DNA of 62,442 bases, counting the filler, from Rhabdomonas costata (lineage: Eukaryota): NCBI GenBank assembly GCA_019059605.1. It is 22 parts of 22 records of this genome, joined end to end, with 100 filler letters (N's around TTAATTAATTAA, not from the genome) between each part and the next. Parts side by side here need not be neighbours in the genome. Positions count along the whole stretch, not along the records: positions 48,345 to 51,082 come from JAHMHO010002186.1; positions 51,183 to 53,926 come from JAHMHO010002187.1; positions 54,027 to 56,763 come from JAHMHO010002188.1; positions 56,864 to 59,601 come from JAHMHO010002189.1; positions 59,702 to 62,442 come from JAHMHO010002190.1; 17 more parts are not named here. The stretch is one strand, 5' to 3'. Numbering within the stretch: the first letter of the stretch is position 1; each line of letters begins with the position of its first letter. The notes beneath the pieces are model-generated. The model did no database searches. It had not been told where the DNA came from and was given only the letters and a program-made list of their open reading frames with translations. Positions 48,373 to 62,442 of this stretch are shown in pieces. Position numbers and translations under genes: made by a program.

Positions 48373-49644
48373 CTTGTACAGCAGCATTCGGATGGCCCTG
48401 AGCGAGGGGTAGCCCCACGTGATCCACGGCGAGACAATGCGCATCATGTTCATCGTGGCCTTGTTGAGCCTCACGAAGACACCGTTGTACAGGGCGCGCA
48501 GCCGCAGCAGCTGCAGGATCTTGCGAGGCTTGGGGGGCATGGCCGTGATACTGGCACCCATCCCCAAGTGCACGGAAAAACAATTGGGGTTGTGGTCTTC
48601 CACAAAGGAAACACCCTTCGTGAAGTGAGGAAGAGGAAGAACCACCGTGGACTGTGCCACGGGTGCGGAGTAAACCGCCACCTCGACGACAGAAGTGTGC
48701 TGCCTGGCAAGGGTTTATCCCTTCCAGTTTCTTTTACGAACGGACGACTATAACCATAATCCTTATGTTTTCATGCCATCGCAGCACCACACCCGCGGAT
48801 TCGGATGACGAACGCGATCTTTGGCTCTGCCTGCACGTGGAAGTTGCCCTTCAGCCTGGCGATCTTCTTGGCACGCCTACGGGCATCGAAGAGCTTCTTG
48901 AAGTACTTCTTGTACTGTGGGCACAGGCGAGATACAGGGAAGCAAACAACTCATACCTCCCACTTCCTCGCACGACCGAACGTTTTGCAAAAGATGAGGG
49001 AGTAATGTGCGGGCCACAGGACGTACGTGGGCATTTAATGAGACCAGTTGTGTGCGTGTCTCAGAGGAACGGCAAACACCTTGAAGAACCGCTTGATCAG
49101 CTCGTTCTTCTTGTCCCTCCTGTGAGGGTGCAGCAGGGGCAGGAGAGCGGCGAGGGGGTAGTTGACATCCCACCCATCCCAGGTTTCAACGACGGATTCG
49201 AGTGAGCAAATGTACGGTAGGAGAGTGACAGGAAGCTACTTATCACGCAAAAACGTGCAGTTCTGAAGGGCCTGCATGAAATGACCTCATTGGGTTTGGT
49301 TATGTGGCCTGTTGCCTGCACTGTTGCTTCGGGAGCATATGGATGTTCTTGTTGAAGATTTTCCATTTGTGCAGTTTTTGGGGCTTTGTGTTGTTGAGGA
49401 ATCCCAGTGACCCGGAGTGCAAAAAAAAACAGAAACTGAGCAGAGGAGGAGATAATTCCAACGGTTACGTTTGGGAATGACAAAACAGCCAGGACGCCAA
49501 AAAGCACAACCTGTACAGCAGGGCGATTCGGCGGCGCTTGGCCTGGGTGACCTTATGGATCTTTCTCCGCTTGTGCTTCTTCAGCTGCCGCTCCGGAGGA
49601 GGCACATAGGTGATGACCTGCTGCTTGGCAGCCTTCTCAGCCAT
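48373..49644 (-). CDS. RPL7: 60S ribosomal protein L7 (uL30), first four exons
   Basis: GT-AG exons 49644-49511, 49119-49080, 48914-48793 and 48550-48373 give [69 protein letters not shown]. Confidence 0.97.
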
Positions 49645-50950
49645 TTAGGTTTTTCGGTCTGACCCCAACTTTCTTTGTGTGTGCTGTGCTCTGTGTTTGG
49701 GGTGAGCTGCGAGGACGAAAAACCGTGGCGGGGGGAGGGGCACACACCCACACGCGCGCATCCAACGACTGCCATATACAGGGCAACATCATGGTTTTTA
49801 TGGGGGGCAAAACAACGGATACGGATGATCCTTAGGTGGGCAGCGTCTTAAACTACACTAATCCAGGTCACTCCTATACTTTTCTGTATGTCGACGCCAA
49901 AATACCCAAAGGCAAGGTTTTCAGTCAAAGCCCAGCCCCATTCTCCACTGAGTTAGGGTTACGGGTGGGTTAGGTTCCCCGACTGTCTATTCTCAGCCTC
50001 TTTTTTTTTTTGGACCCAATACTCTGGGAGATTGGCAGAAATCGCAGAAGTGGCAGAAATGGGTTGGAGATGAAAGCAAGGGTTGAGTAGGAGGTATTTG
50101 GCTGAAGGCTGACGGCTGTTTCAAAGAAGGTCGTCATAATGGATTTCCTGTGGAAGGGAGACCCCTATTTGTTCTTCTAGCACCTCAAAAGAGAGAGAGC
50201 TCTGTTCCCCAAAGCTTGGTGTTACTCCCTCATCCCATCTCTCTCATTTTCTTGATGTTCTTCACCGCCCAGGCTACCTTTTTTCACTCTGTTTGAGATG
50301 GACCTTCAGCAGCTCCTCTCTTGCCTTGCTCATTCGTTAACTTGTTGAATTGTCACGAGAGGTCACTTTCTTTCAAAAACTTGTCTCTTTGTCTTTTGGT
50401 CTTTTCGGTTGATGGTCCTTGTGCTCCTTTCTACACCATTCCATGTGTTTTTGTACATAGTGCACTTTTGGGACTCCGCAGCCCCTCTATTACCGCTACG
50501 ATGCTGTGAATTATGTTCCATATGGTACACCCTTCAATCAAACCTCTCAGTGGAAACAGCGGCGCGGAAACGAAGACGCAGGAAGCTTGTGCTTTGCGGG
50601 AAAATGAAGGACCACTTGCCTCGCAAACGTCGTTACCACACAGGTCCCCATCACGTACCACTCAGGTCCCCAAGACAGCACTGTCCACGGTGCAGCGAGT
50701 GAAAAGGGGGGGGCACAGATTAGACAGCTGTGGCTCCAGAGTTTAAAGTGCTCAGTCGCTGCGCCCCACCTTGCAGGGAGACTCGGCGACGCAGCGGAAC
50801 TTACCGGCGGAGACCTCCTCCAGCCAAGTCATCGACCGCTGCTTGTTATGAATGTAGCACGTCGCCAGCCCTGTGAATGAGTGTGACAGGGCATCACCCC
50901 CCCCCCCCCTGCCGAAAGACGAATGACGATAAGGTTGGGGCGAAGGTTGA

Positions 50951-51074
50951 GTTCTTGAAAACCACAATATACGCATGATCACACTGGAGTGCCGAATACC
51001 AATGAGCTGGCCGCCTTGCACCTTGGTATTCGGCACTCCAGTGTGATCATGCGTATATTGTGGTTTTCAAGAAC
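50951..51074. repeat. 52-bp perfect inverted repeat at contig end (probable amplification fold-back)
   Basis: Arms 50951-51002 and 51023-51074 with a 20-nt loop, followed only by the C/A primer tail. Confidence 0.9.
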
Positions 51075-51182
51075 CAACCCCCNNNNNNNNNNNNNNNNNN
51101 NNNNNNNNNNNNNNNNNNNNNNNNNNTTAATTAATTAANNNNNNNNNNNNNNNNNNNNNNNNNNNNNNNNNNNNNNNNNNNN

Positions 51183-53926
51183 GGGTGGGTTGTGTAATGT
51201 TTTCCGCCCATCCACAGCCACAATTTAATGCGACGCGTACACCCTCTCCAGAGAGGAGGGTGACTCCATCCAGAGGAATGTTGGCGTTCAGAGGTCTAGA
51301 ATACGTGGAAAGAGGAGGACGAGGTTACAGATCACCTTCACCGTCTAGAAGCGGTAGACCTAGAATTCCCTCGTTTCCAAGGAGTGGATATGTCTCCACG
51401 CCTCGACCCCCAAGCCCGACTTCCACAGGGAGCAGGCAGCAGTCACCTGTTCCGAGTTCAAGTTTGGAGAACGTGTGTGTGTATTGTGGAAGTACGAGCC
51501 ACTTTTACAGGGATTGTGAATTGGCTAAGACGGAGTTGGTTCATAGAAGTGTGCCGAAGTGGTCAGTTGGAGAATTTCAGAAGAGTATAGATCATTCAAA
51601 CTAGTCGGGGCAGGATGCAGGGCCGCTACAGCCCCACCAAAGAGGCCCACGCAAGTGTTGTGCAGAGAGCTCCAGGCACATTCCCGCTAAGAATTTTGCA
51701 GATACCACCAGAGACTGTGCTCAGATAAACCAGAGTTGATCAGGTTGAGCAGCCCCAAAACCCCATCTCACGCAGAGTGACCGGAGGCAGCCCCAGAGAA
51801 GATTCAGAGTGCCACTCCAGAGGCAAGCGTGGAACAAGTTGAGAAGAAGGTGACGAAGGTGGCAGAGCCTCAGACCAGTTTCCATAAGCCAGAAAGTGCA
51901 CGAGCGGGCTCATTAATGTTGAAGTCTGACAAAGAGCGGAGCGGTTCCGGACGGGTTCAGAAAACTCAGAGGAGTAATAAGGAAGAGCCGGAATCGGTCC
52001 AGAGCAGACGAGAATTGCGGTAAATGTTTTGCGGACAACGATTAACTAATGCTGAGTTAGCGGTTGTGAGCCACCATCCACTTTCAGAGGTTTCCAGAGA
52101 GGTCGGAAACACCCAATTGACGGTGTTGGGTGCAGAAGGAGAAATCTCCTTAAGAGTAATGGGGGGACATTCGCCTAAAATTCGGAAGCGGTCAGTGGAG
52201 CCAGGGAGTTCCACATAGTTGTGTGAGTGGGGTGTGGTTGCGGAAGACCTTTCAGAGTAGATGTCAGAGGAATGTGCAGAGACAGCGGTCAGCAGTATTC
52301 GGAGATGGGCATGGAGTACCCCCGTTCCGTTGTTCGTCTTGCCATTCCAGAGGAACGTAAGGTAAGGGGTGGGGTTACTTTTTGATCATCCAGACACCCA
52401 CCCACCATCAGCCATTTATGTTCCTTCCGTTGTGGATTGGTAATACGCAAGTAAGAGCGCTGTTATATTCCGGAGCTTCAGATTCGTTTATAAGTCAAGA
52501 AGTGGTGCAGAGATTCCGCTTGAAGAAGTACCCGTTGCAGCAAAGGATCACGGTGAGAGTAGAGAATGGAGAAGGACTCCCCGTGACCCATTTTGTGCGA
52601 ATTGTCGGAAAATTAGGTGCCATGCCGATTAAGTTGTTCCTGAGAGTGATTCAGACGGCAATTCCAGTGGTTCTGGGCTATCCGTTTTTGACGAGGCTAC
52701 AGCCACAGATTGACTGGAAGCGTATGTGTCAAGGTTTGGAGAGGCGGAAGGATTTACGACATTCAGGCGCTTCCAGCAGTGGATTCTTTTAGAATTACGT
52801 GCCCAGCCACAGGGATGATAGAAGCTGAGCCGGAGGAAGTTGTTCCAGTGCTTCCACATATCTCTCAAGTACGGAAAGGTTCGGTGTTGTGCCCCCATGG
52901 TTCCAGAGTAGCAGTGGAGGAGCGACGCCCCAAATGACCCAGGCGTCAACACGGCTGTATGTCGTTTGGTTGCAGAAATAAGCGAGCCCATGGTGGTGAC
53001 CGTTCCAAAGGGTGCGGAGTCTCCTCCAGAGTTGATTCCAGATGGTTGTATTTCCACAGTGGAGGTGAAGATGTCACTCCGACTAAGCAAGACCAGAGAT
53101 CCATAGCTAAGGCTCAGTAGCCTAAGTGGAAGGTCAAAAGGAAGTTGCGAGATTCGCCACAGAAAGGAGTATAGAAGTTAATTAAGGATGTGGACCACAG
53201 CATTTGTGGCCCCCTTGTGCTGTGTTACCAACACCTCCAGAGATCGGTAAGTTAAACCAAGAATTTGCGCACATCTTTCCAGCTTCATTTCCCGGAGGGT
53301 TACCCACTTCGAGGAGGACGGACCACAGGATTGATTTGAAGCCGTACAGTAATATAGCAGCCAAGAGGCTGTACCGAATGTCCCCGGCGGAAGATGAAGA
53401 ATTGCGAAGCAACTGAAGAGTCTCCAGGAGCTTGGTTTTATAGAGCCAGCAACATCGCCGTATGACGCAGGTGTGCTGCTCGTTCCAGATGCCAACGGTA
53501 AGTTGCGGCTGTGCGTGGATTACAGACCCTTGAATGCTTAATGTTACAGATGCGTACCCTTCGCCACGAATTGACAAGATGATTGATCACGCGGGGAAGG
53601 CGAAGTGGTTTTCAAAACTAGATTTGCATGCGGGATTCCATAAGATCCGCATTCATCCAGAGCATGTGGAGATGACTGCATTCAAGACAAAGTACGGTTC
53701 GTTCCAATTCAGAGTCATGCCGTTTTGGTTGTGTAATGCTCAATCCACGTTCCAGAGAACCATGTACTTCGTTCTTGATGATCTGCTAGAGACTACAGGT
53801 GCGTACATGGACAACATTCTCGTTTATACGGATACCTTGGAAGCTCATTTAGAAGCTTTGCTGGTGTTGTAACAGAGGCTGGATAAAGATAAACTTTTTG
53901 CAAATCCAGCCTCTGTCACAACACCC
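51183..53926 (+). mobile_element. Degenerate Ty3/Gypsy LTR retrotransposon internal region (gag, protease, RT)
   Basis: Zinc knuckle CVYCGSTSHFYRDC (51476-51517). Aspartic protease ALLYSGASDSFI...VVLGYPFL (~52455-52715). RT motifs [37 protein letters not shown]...MPF.LCNA.STFQR and AYMDNILVY. Multiple frameshifts and stops. Confidence 0.93.
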
Positions 53927-54030
53927 NNNNNNNNNNNNNNNNNNNNNNNNNNNNNNNNNNNNNNNNNNNNTTAATTAATTAANNNNNNNNNNNNNNNNNN
54001 NNNNNNNNNNNNNNNNNNNNNNNNNNGTGT

Positions 54031-54300
54031 TGTTTGTCCAAAACCGCAAAAAAAGGCTGATCAAGGATAGAACTCGCCCGGCGGTTCCCCACACAACCAA
54101 ACCATGCTCACCGGAACGATGAAGAGCCAGATCTGTGCGCTGGTTATTGTATTCTTGTGTGAGTTGCAGTGCCAAGTGGGGATGAGCCCGTTTGCACACT
54201 CGCATTAGTGATGTTTGTCCAAAAAACCGCAAAAAAAGGCTGATCAAGGATAGAACTCGCCCGGCGGTTCCCCACACAACCAAACCATGCTCACCGGAAC
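54031..54300 (+). repeat. ~87-bp direct repeat near contig start
   Basis: 54031-54117 matches 54212-54300 except for the length of one A run. Confidence 0.9.
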
Positions 54301-55172
54301 TCTCTTCAAAGCTTGCATGCGCCTCTGCTCGGATTTGCGCGGTCATGTGGCGGACGGTGTGGAGACCAGCAGAAAGGAAACAAGTGGGGCCTCTGCGCAC
54401 CGTGCGCAGCTCTAAGGGGTCCCGAAGCGAACTAAGGGGTTCGCGATGTTTGCCACGCCCCGACGAGGCGCGGTCGTCTTCGCTACGGGGCGGGGGGATG
54501 TAAATCGCGTTCAGAGCGTCGAAAAATACGGGGATTCGACCACCTCCTCACCGGGGCTTCCGACGGCACCATCCGGTACGCGTACCATGTACGTGCAGTG
54601 TGCGTGCAGCGCGCTGACCTGCAGCAACATGATTCTGTCATCTCAGTCCCCGGTCGTCACTCCCCGAAATAACTCGGTGTGTTCCTCCCCCACTCCAAGC
54701 ATCGTGGTCGGTGACCATCGTGGTCGATCCACTGCCGCTGCCCGGTTACACTGCCGCTGCCCGGTTACGCTCATCTATGTCTTCATCGGATGTGCGGCTC
54801 CTCGCAACCCTTGGGGGCATTCCCCACATTTTGACCACACTGCGCGGCACTGGAAATCCTTTGTGAAGTGCATCGCCAGGGTGTTGCTGGACCTCTTTCT
54901 CATTTTTATCATGTTTACCTCATAGCCGGGCGTATTATTGTGTACTGTGCGCTTGTCGCGTGCTTTGTGCGACTTCGACGGCTTCGGCTACCCATGCCTC
55001 TTCGTCCAAGGGACATGCTTCAGGAGTTGTAGCAGGCGCCATGCGCTCGCGCATCCTGTCTTCGCCGGTGCGTAATTGGGACCCTGTCTGAGGGGTTTAT
55101 ATTACCCTCCCCCCCAAAAAAAAGCAAAGTAAATGCTTTGCACCGTTGATCCCGACCCCACCTGTGGCATAG

Positions 55173-56592
55173 GCTATTGAGGCTTTTCCCGCCTGAGCTG
55201 AGAGAGTACGAGTTCACCGTGGCCACGATCGCGGACCACGACAATGTCGTGGACTTCACCATTGAGACGATCCGGGTTCTCCTTCCTTGGAGAGGGATGG
55301 AAGGGGTGGGTGGTAGGCGTTGTGGAGGGTGTACATGGCACTTTTTTACCTCACCTGTTTTTTGTTGTCATCCATTTCTCTCGTTTTCCCCCAACCTCTC
55401 CTCTTGTCTTCCTTTTTCAGTTGTGTTCTTTGCCTCGAAAGCATTCTTTGTTGATCGCGGTTGGGGTTGGGGGGTCGTAGAAGGTTTTATGGTATTAAGT
55501 TTTTTGGGGGTGGTATCGTACGGATGGCACTGATTTGGAGCGGAGACCTGCACCGCGACGCGGCCGGAGAAGGGCGATTGAGTCGTAGACTTCCCTTAGG
55601 GGGTATGATCACAACTCACTCCGCGATTGCTCCATTGAATGTTTGGTAATCACGGGGGAATGGTTTGAGAGGTTCCGGTGGTGAAGGGCTTGTAGAGAGC
55701 TAGAGGATGATGCCCATGCCCCGTAGTTTCCAGGATGTTTTCTTCCTGTCGAACTTGCGTCATCCCCACATCCTTCATTTGTGATTATAGTACCAGTTTT
55801 TTTTTGAAATGTTTCCATGCCAGGAGGGGTTCTTCGCTGCGCGGGGGGTTGGCGCGCAAGGTGAGATGGGGGAGGCCATGAATCATCTTTTGTCCAGCAG
55901 ACTCAATGCCCTGTGGGATTCGGGAGCAAAGCTCGTGTGCACACACATGCACACAATCAATTGCACGCGCCTTAATGGCAAAATCAACCCGCCACAAACC
56001 TGGGACGCGCTCGCGCTTGCACACACACACACACACAGACACGCGCGCTTTCAGGTGACCCCTGATGACCGGTGGCTGGCATTCACCTCCCATGACTACT
56101 GCATCTACTGGGCTGATGTATGTGCTGTGTGTGGATGTGCCGCTTCCCCTTCGAACCTGCTTTTCACCGCGTCCACATTGTTTTGTTTGCGTCAGGCGAA
56201 TCCATTTTTTGTCGTTCGTTGGGGATGTTCTTTCAGCAGATAATGTGGAATCGAAGAGAAAAAGTATCGCCAGCGATGTTGTGCTGAGAGGAAATGGGAA
56301 GGTAATCTTAGAAACGGATGTTTCCGACTCCAACTGCACCAAACACACAATCACAAATCCTTTTCTCACTACACAACATTTCCAGCAACCATTTATATAT
56401 TTTTGTAGCCACCCTCCCTCCCTAATAATTCCACCCCGAAAATCCGGGGGACGGGGGGGGGGGCGGATCTCTTGCTTGGTTTGAAATCTTCACCCCTTTC
56501 GCCAGGTTACTTCCCATATGGGCACCCAGACACTGAAGCTGGAGCCGCAGTTGGACCGGGCCATAGCACCCGGCACGGCTATCATGCCGTGA
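55173..56592 (+). CDS. WD40 protein, WDR55/Jip5-like C-terminus, last three exons
   Basis: GT-AG exons 55173-55275 (LLRLFPP...IADHDNVVDFTIETIR), 56055-56117 (VTPDDRWLAFTSHDYCIYWAD) and 56506-56592 (V...*). The last WD repeat carries the SHD motif typical of WDR55. Confidence 0.65.
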
Positions 56593-56944
56593 ACTAGAGT
56601 TGCCGGTTCAGGGCTGGAGCCCATGTTTGGTGGGATGGCACCATTGATGAGTTAAGTTAAGTTAATTCAACTTTCCAGCCTCTGGCCGCATTTCATTATT
56701 TCACTGAAGTATTCGCGGGGAACCAATTTGGGTCTATTCCTATTTCTACTTAGCCACACACAANNNNNNNNNNNNNNNNNNNNNNNNNNNNNNNNNNNNN
56801 NNNNNNNTTAATTAATTAANNNNNNNNNNNNNNNNNNNNNNNNNNNNNNNNNNNNNNNNNNNNTGTTTGTGTGCTTTTCACTGTCTGTGTAACCACTCTT
56901 TGGGAGCCCAGAAAAAAGGGCCTGGGCGGTGGGGGAGACATGAG

Positions 56945-59601
<2,657 letters not shown>

Positions 59602-59889
59602 NNNNNNNNNNNNNNNNNNNNNNNNNNNNNNNNNNNNNNNNNNNNTTAATTAATTAANNNNNNNNNNNNNNNNNNNNNNNNNNNNNNNNNNNNNNNNNNN
59701 NTGTGGTGGGTGTGGTTGGTGGGGGGTGGTGTTAAAAAAATCAGAGCAATCTCTTGTGGGAAAAACTGGGAAAGGGGGAGTGAGAAGTCTTTTGATTTGA
59801 TAACGCCCGATGAGAAGCCAGAATCCGGTCGAAAGGGGCAAAGTGGGTTAAAACAAAGCGATGCTGATGGGAGCGAGGCAGGCGCTCCA

Positions 59890-62280
59890 CGCCTGAGAGT
59901 CCACAAAGGCAGTCTCCAGCCAGAACTCCCCCATCGGCAGCACAAGCTCTGTGCTCACAATGGGGACTTGGTCCCAGCCTTGGTATGCTTGAAGCACCGC
60001 CACAGCGGCCGCGGCGATGGTGGGGTCCGTGGAATTCACAGGAGTGAAGAGCCGGAAGTCCGCGATGGGCGGGGGATTAATCAGAGGGTTGTTCTGGCTC
60101 CAGTCGGTGTCCGAGTGGCTGAAGTACTGCAAAGGTGACGAACAAAGACCACAATATGGTAATGGTTGAGGTACGCTTACTGGGTATCCGTATTCCATTG
60201 ATCTGCACGGGTTATTATTGGTTTTACATCTGCTTAGGTACATGAAGGCATATGTGTGTCCCATCGCACCTGTGTATCACTGATGGGTGTTATTGCAATG
60301 TAGGTTGGTTGATGTTCATCGGGTACAGCGGCGAAAGAGACAAACTGGACTGCGACAAATCTATACGCATACAGAAATACGTCATATTTGTGTTAAAAAA
60401 TAAGTGCTAACGATATGCGCAAACCAACAAAAAGGTCCGCAAAAATTTTTTTACCAGCCCCCAGGCCTGATCAGAAACCAGACGTACGGGACTTCAGATA
60501 GCCACCGGCTCCAATCATGGCTGTTGGGTTCTACAAGTATCCCTTCTCCCTGTTTTTCTGAAGTTCAAATCCGAGCAAATTAGAATTGGAATGAGAGTAC
60601 CCCAAAGGACATCCCCTCTGAGCCTTCTGTCCTTCTGTTCTGGTGTCTTCAGTGCAGCGCCCACCCCTGTGGGTTCACCCGGTTTCTGAGCAAACACCTG
60701 TGCGCTTTAGGAGGTACTGGGAAAGCCAGGGCCACCAATGTCCCACACTTTCCTGTCTGCTTGCACTGCTGCGCCTAGCATCACACACACACACACGCAC
60801 ACACACACACTACACACTGGAGTGTGTTGTCCCACTTTATTCGTCAGAAGTAAGGTGAAAGAAAATATCGCACATCAAATCCAAGTTCGGCACAAGGAAA
60901 CAGGGGCACGTTCGTTCAAAACATTTTGCGATGCGTTCAAGGCTGCGTTTTTCTTTGCTAGCAAACGGAAGCAGGAAAAGACCCTTTAGAGCACGCCCAG
61001 AAAAACAGAGACTCCAGCACAATGATCACAATGATGTTATAATGAAATGAAAAGAAACTTGCACCCCCCGACATTCTCATGGTGAACTGTATTGCACGGT
61101 GTCTGGGCTGGTGGCCTTCAAGTAGGTCGGGATCCTCCTCGTGGAGAAGGCAACAACGATCCGGTAGGATGCGGTAGGATGCGCGCAAACCATTTGTCGA
61201 CAAACTTATTTTTTATTTATTACGAACAAAACACGGTATGCCCGACCGGTAGGTTGGAAATTTTTGGTGACGGCGAAGCTCCACCACAAGTTGGACGGGT
61301 TCTTTTTCATGGACACAAGAATGAACTTCTTACAAGGATCACGGAATTGTCATTGAAATCCTATTTCTAAGATAAAAAGTGCCCATTTTTGATTATTGGT
61401 CTGCTGGGGCCCTCCCTCATGATAGCGGGCGCCCCACCCTCCTAGTGGTTTGGAAGGAGTGACGAGCTTCGGGGTTGGGGTGCGAGTGACCAAGACGAGG
61501 AGCCACGTAGCAGCACAAGACCCGGCGCACTCAGTGCAAGTGACTCGCCCGAAGGTCCGAACCCCATCCCTTTCGCAAATTTAAACACCGAGCGATGACG
61601 TATGGGCTCGTTGGGTTCCTTTCTGGTGTCCGATTGTCAGCCTACGCGCACGACAACGAGGCAAGGTGGCAATGAGCAAAATGAAGTATCGTGGAGTTTA
61701 TGTGAGTGTAACCTTCCCATGGCTGGCGGCCACGAGGAAACCCCAGGACACAGCTGAAACTGCGAAGAGGCGGTCCCGGGGTTCTGTTAAAAACGAGAGC
61801 AGAATCGCGCTGAGCTGGGCGCTGCTCGCGGCGACGTCGAACTTCACGACGGCCTGCAGGTCGGTGGTGGGCATGCTGCACACCAGGTTGGCATGGGGAA
61901 TGCCTGTGAGGGGAATGGTCACAGGTGCCAGGGAACTGTATCGTACGCGCAACTCATTTTGCATGTTGAAAACTAAAGCTCGCACCTGCGAGTGCCATAA
62001 AGGTGATCTGGGGCAGCCACCCGCATCTCGGCGCCGCAGAGCTGAGCGCAGGCTCGGCAACATAATTCAAAGGCTCCAAAACGTACTTGTAGCAAAGGAC
62101 TTCAGCCAACGAGCGGGAATCCAAGATGCAGGAGCGGGCCACCTGCATCTGAGACGTGTAGTTCAGCGTGGCCTGGGAGACCACGAAGGTCTCCTCCAAG
62201 ACCCCGGTTACGGGATTCATATTCATTCGAACCACAGAGATCCGCTGAAAGTCTCCGGGAAGTTCAGACGCCGGGGGCTG
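59890..62280 (-). CDS. Uncharacterised spliced protein, internal exons
   Basis: Exon ~62280-62143 (..RISVVRMNMNPVTGVLEETFVVSQATLNYTSQMQ) splices in frame to 61985-61713 (VRALVFNMQ...ASHGK). A further exon lies at 60126-~59890 (YFSHSDTDWSQNNPL...WLETAFVDSQ). Intermediate exons are unresolved and I recognise no family. Confidence 0.55.
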
Positions 62281-62442
62281 CGCTGAGTCGCTCCTTCAAA
62301 ACGAAAGTAATAAGGGCATTTGCAACTGCGCTTCCAGACACAGCAAACGCCCATCCCATCGCTTGCAGTCTGGTGCAGGCACAATGCAAAGCAGACTCGG
62401 CACCCTCAACCACCATCACGCCGGCTTCTGAGACCGCCCACA

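Noticed and set aside
49951-49976. TTAGGG-like words as a telomere (also ~17515-17545)
   Set aside because: Few, degenerate and internal to contigs.
50951-51074. 52-bp perfect hairpin as a terminator or structured RNA
   Set aside because: Same contig-end fold-back geometry as 45512-45723.
54031-54300. 87-bp direct repeat as a two-unit CRISPR or LTR pair
   Set aside because: There are only two copies, too long for CRISPR repeats, in a eukaryotic context at a contig start. It may be a chimera or local duplication.

Overview
This is not one locus. It is 22 unrelated contigs of about 2.74 kb, joined by 21 artificial 100-nt spacers (44 N + TTAATTAATTAA + 44 N), plus one scaffold gap at 41017-41402. 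Most contig ends carry G/T-only primer remnants (several match the GenomePlex WGA adapter), and two carry fold-back chimeras, so the source is whole-genome-amplified DNA. The content is an intron-rich eukaryotic nuclear genome from a flagellated protist; euglenid-like is my inference only. The ORF track is therefore mostly uninformative, and I rebuilt genes exon by exon. Recognisable partial genes: an RNI-like LRR protein, a Sushi/CCP repeat protein, CFAP251/WDR66, RPS8, a PstS-like binding domain, an EDR1-like domain, an EF-hand protein, an RRM protein, a Cys-rich repeat protein, a mitochondrial carrier exon, SEC24, MRPS6, a CDKL-type kinase, a calcyphosin-like protein, ATG18/WIPI3-4, RPL7, a WDR55-like protein, a NEK kinase and a dead Ty3/Gypsy element. 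The standout is an intron-free NRPS/PKS hybrid fragment (A-T-KS-AT-DH, 11412-14155). Its KS catalytic Cys is Ser and its AT lacks the catalytic Ser, yet the frame stays open. Splicing is also atypical: a GTRYG donor consensus, three GC-AG introns that all start G|GCAT, a candidate GT..GC intron and a candidate 11-nt intron. The last two could instead be single-G errors.
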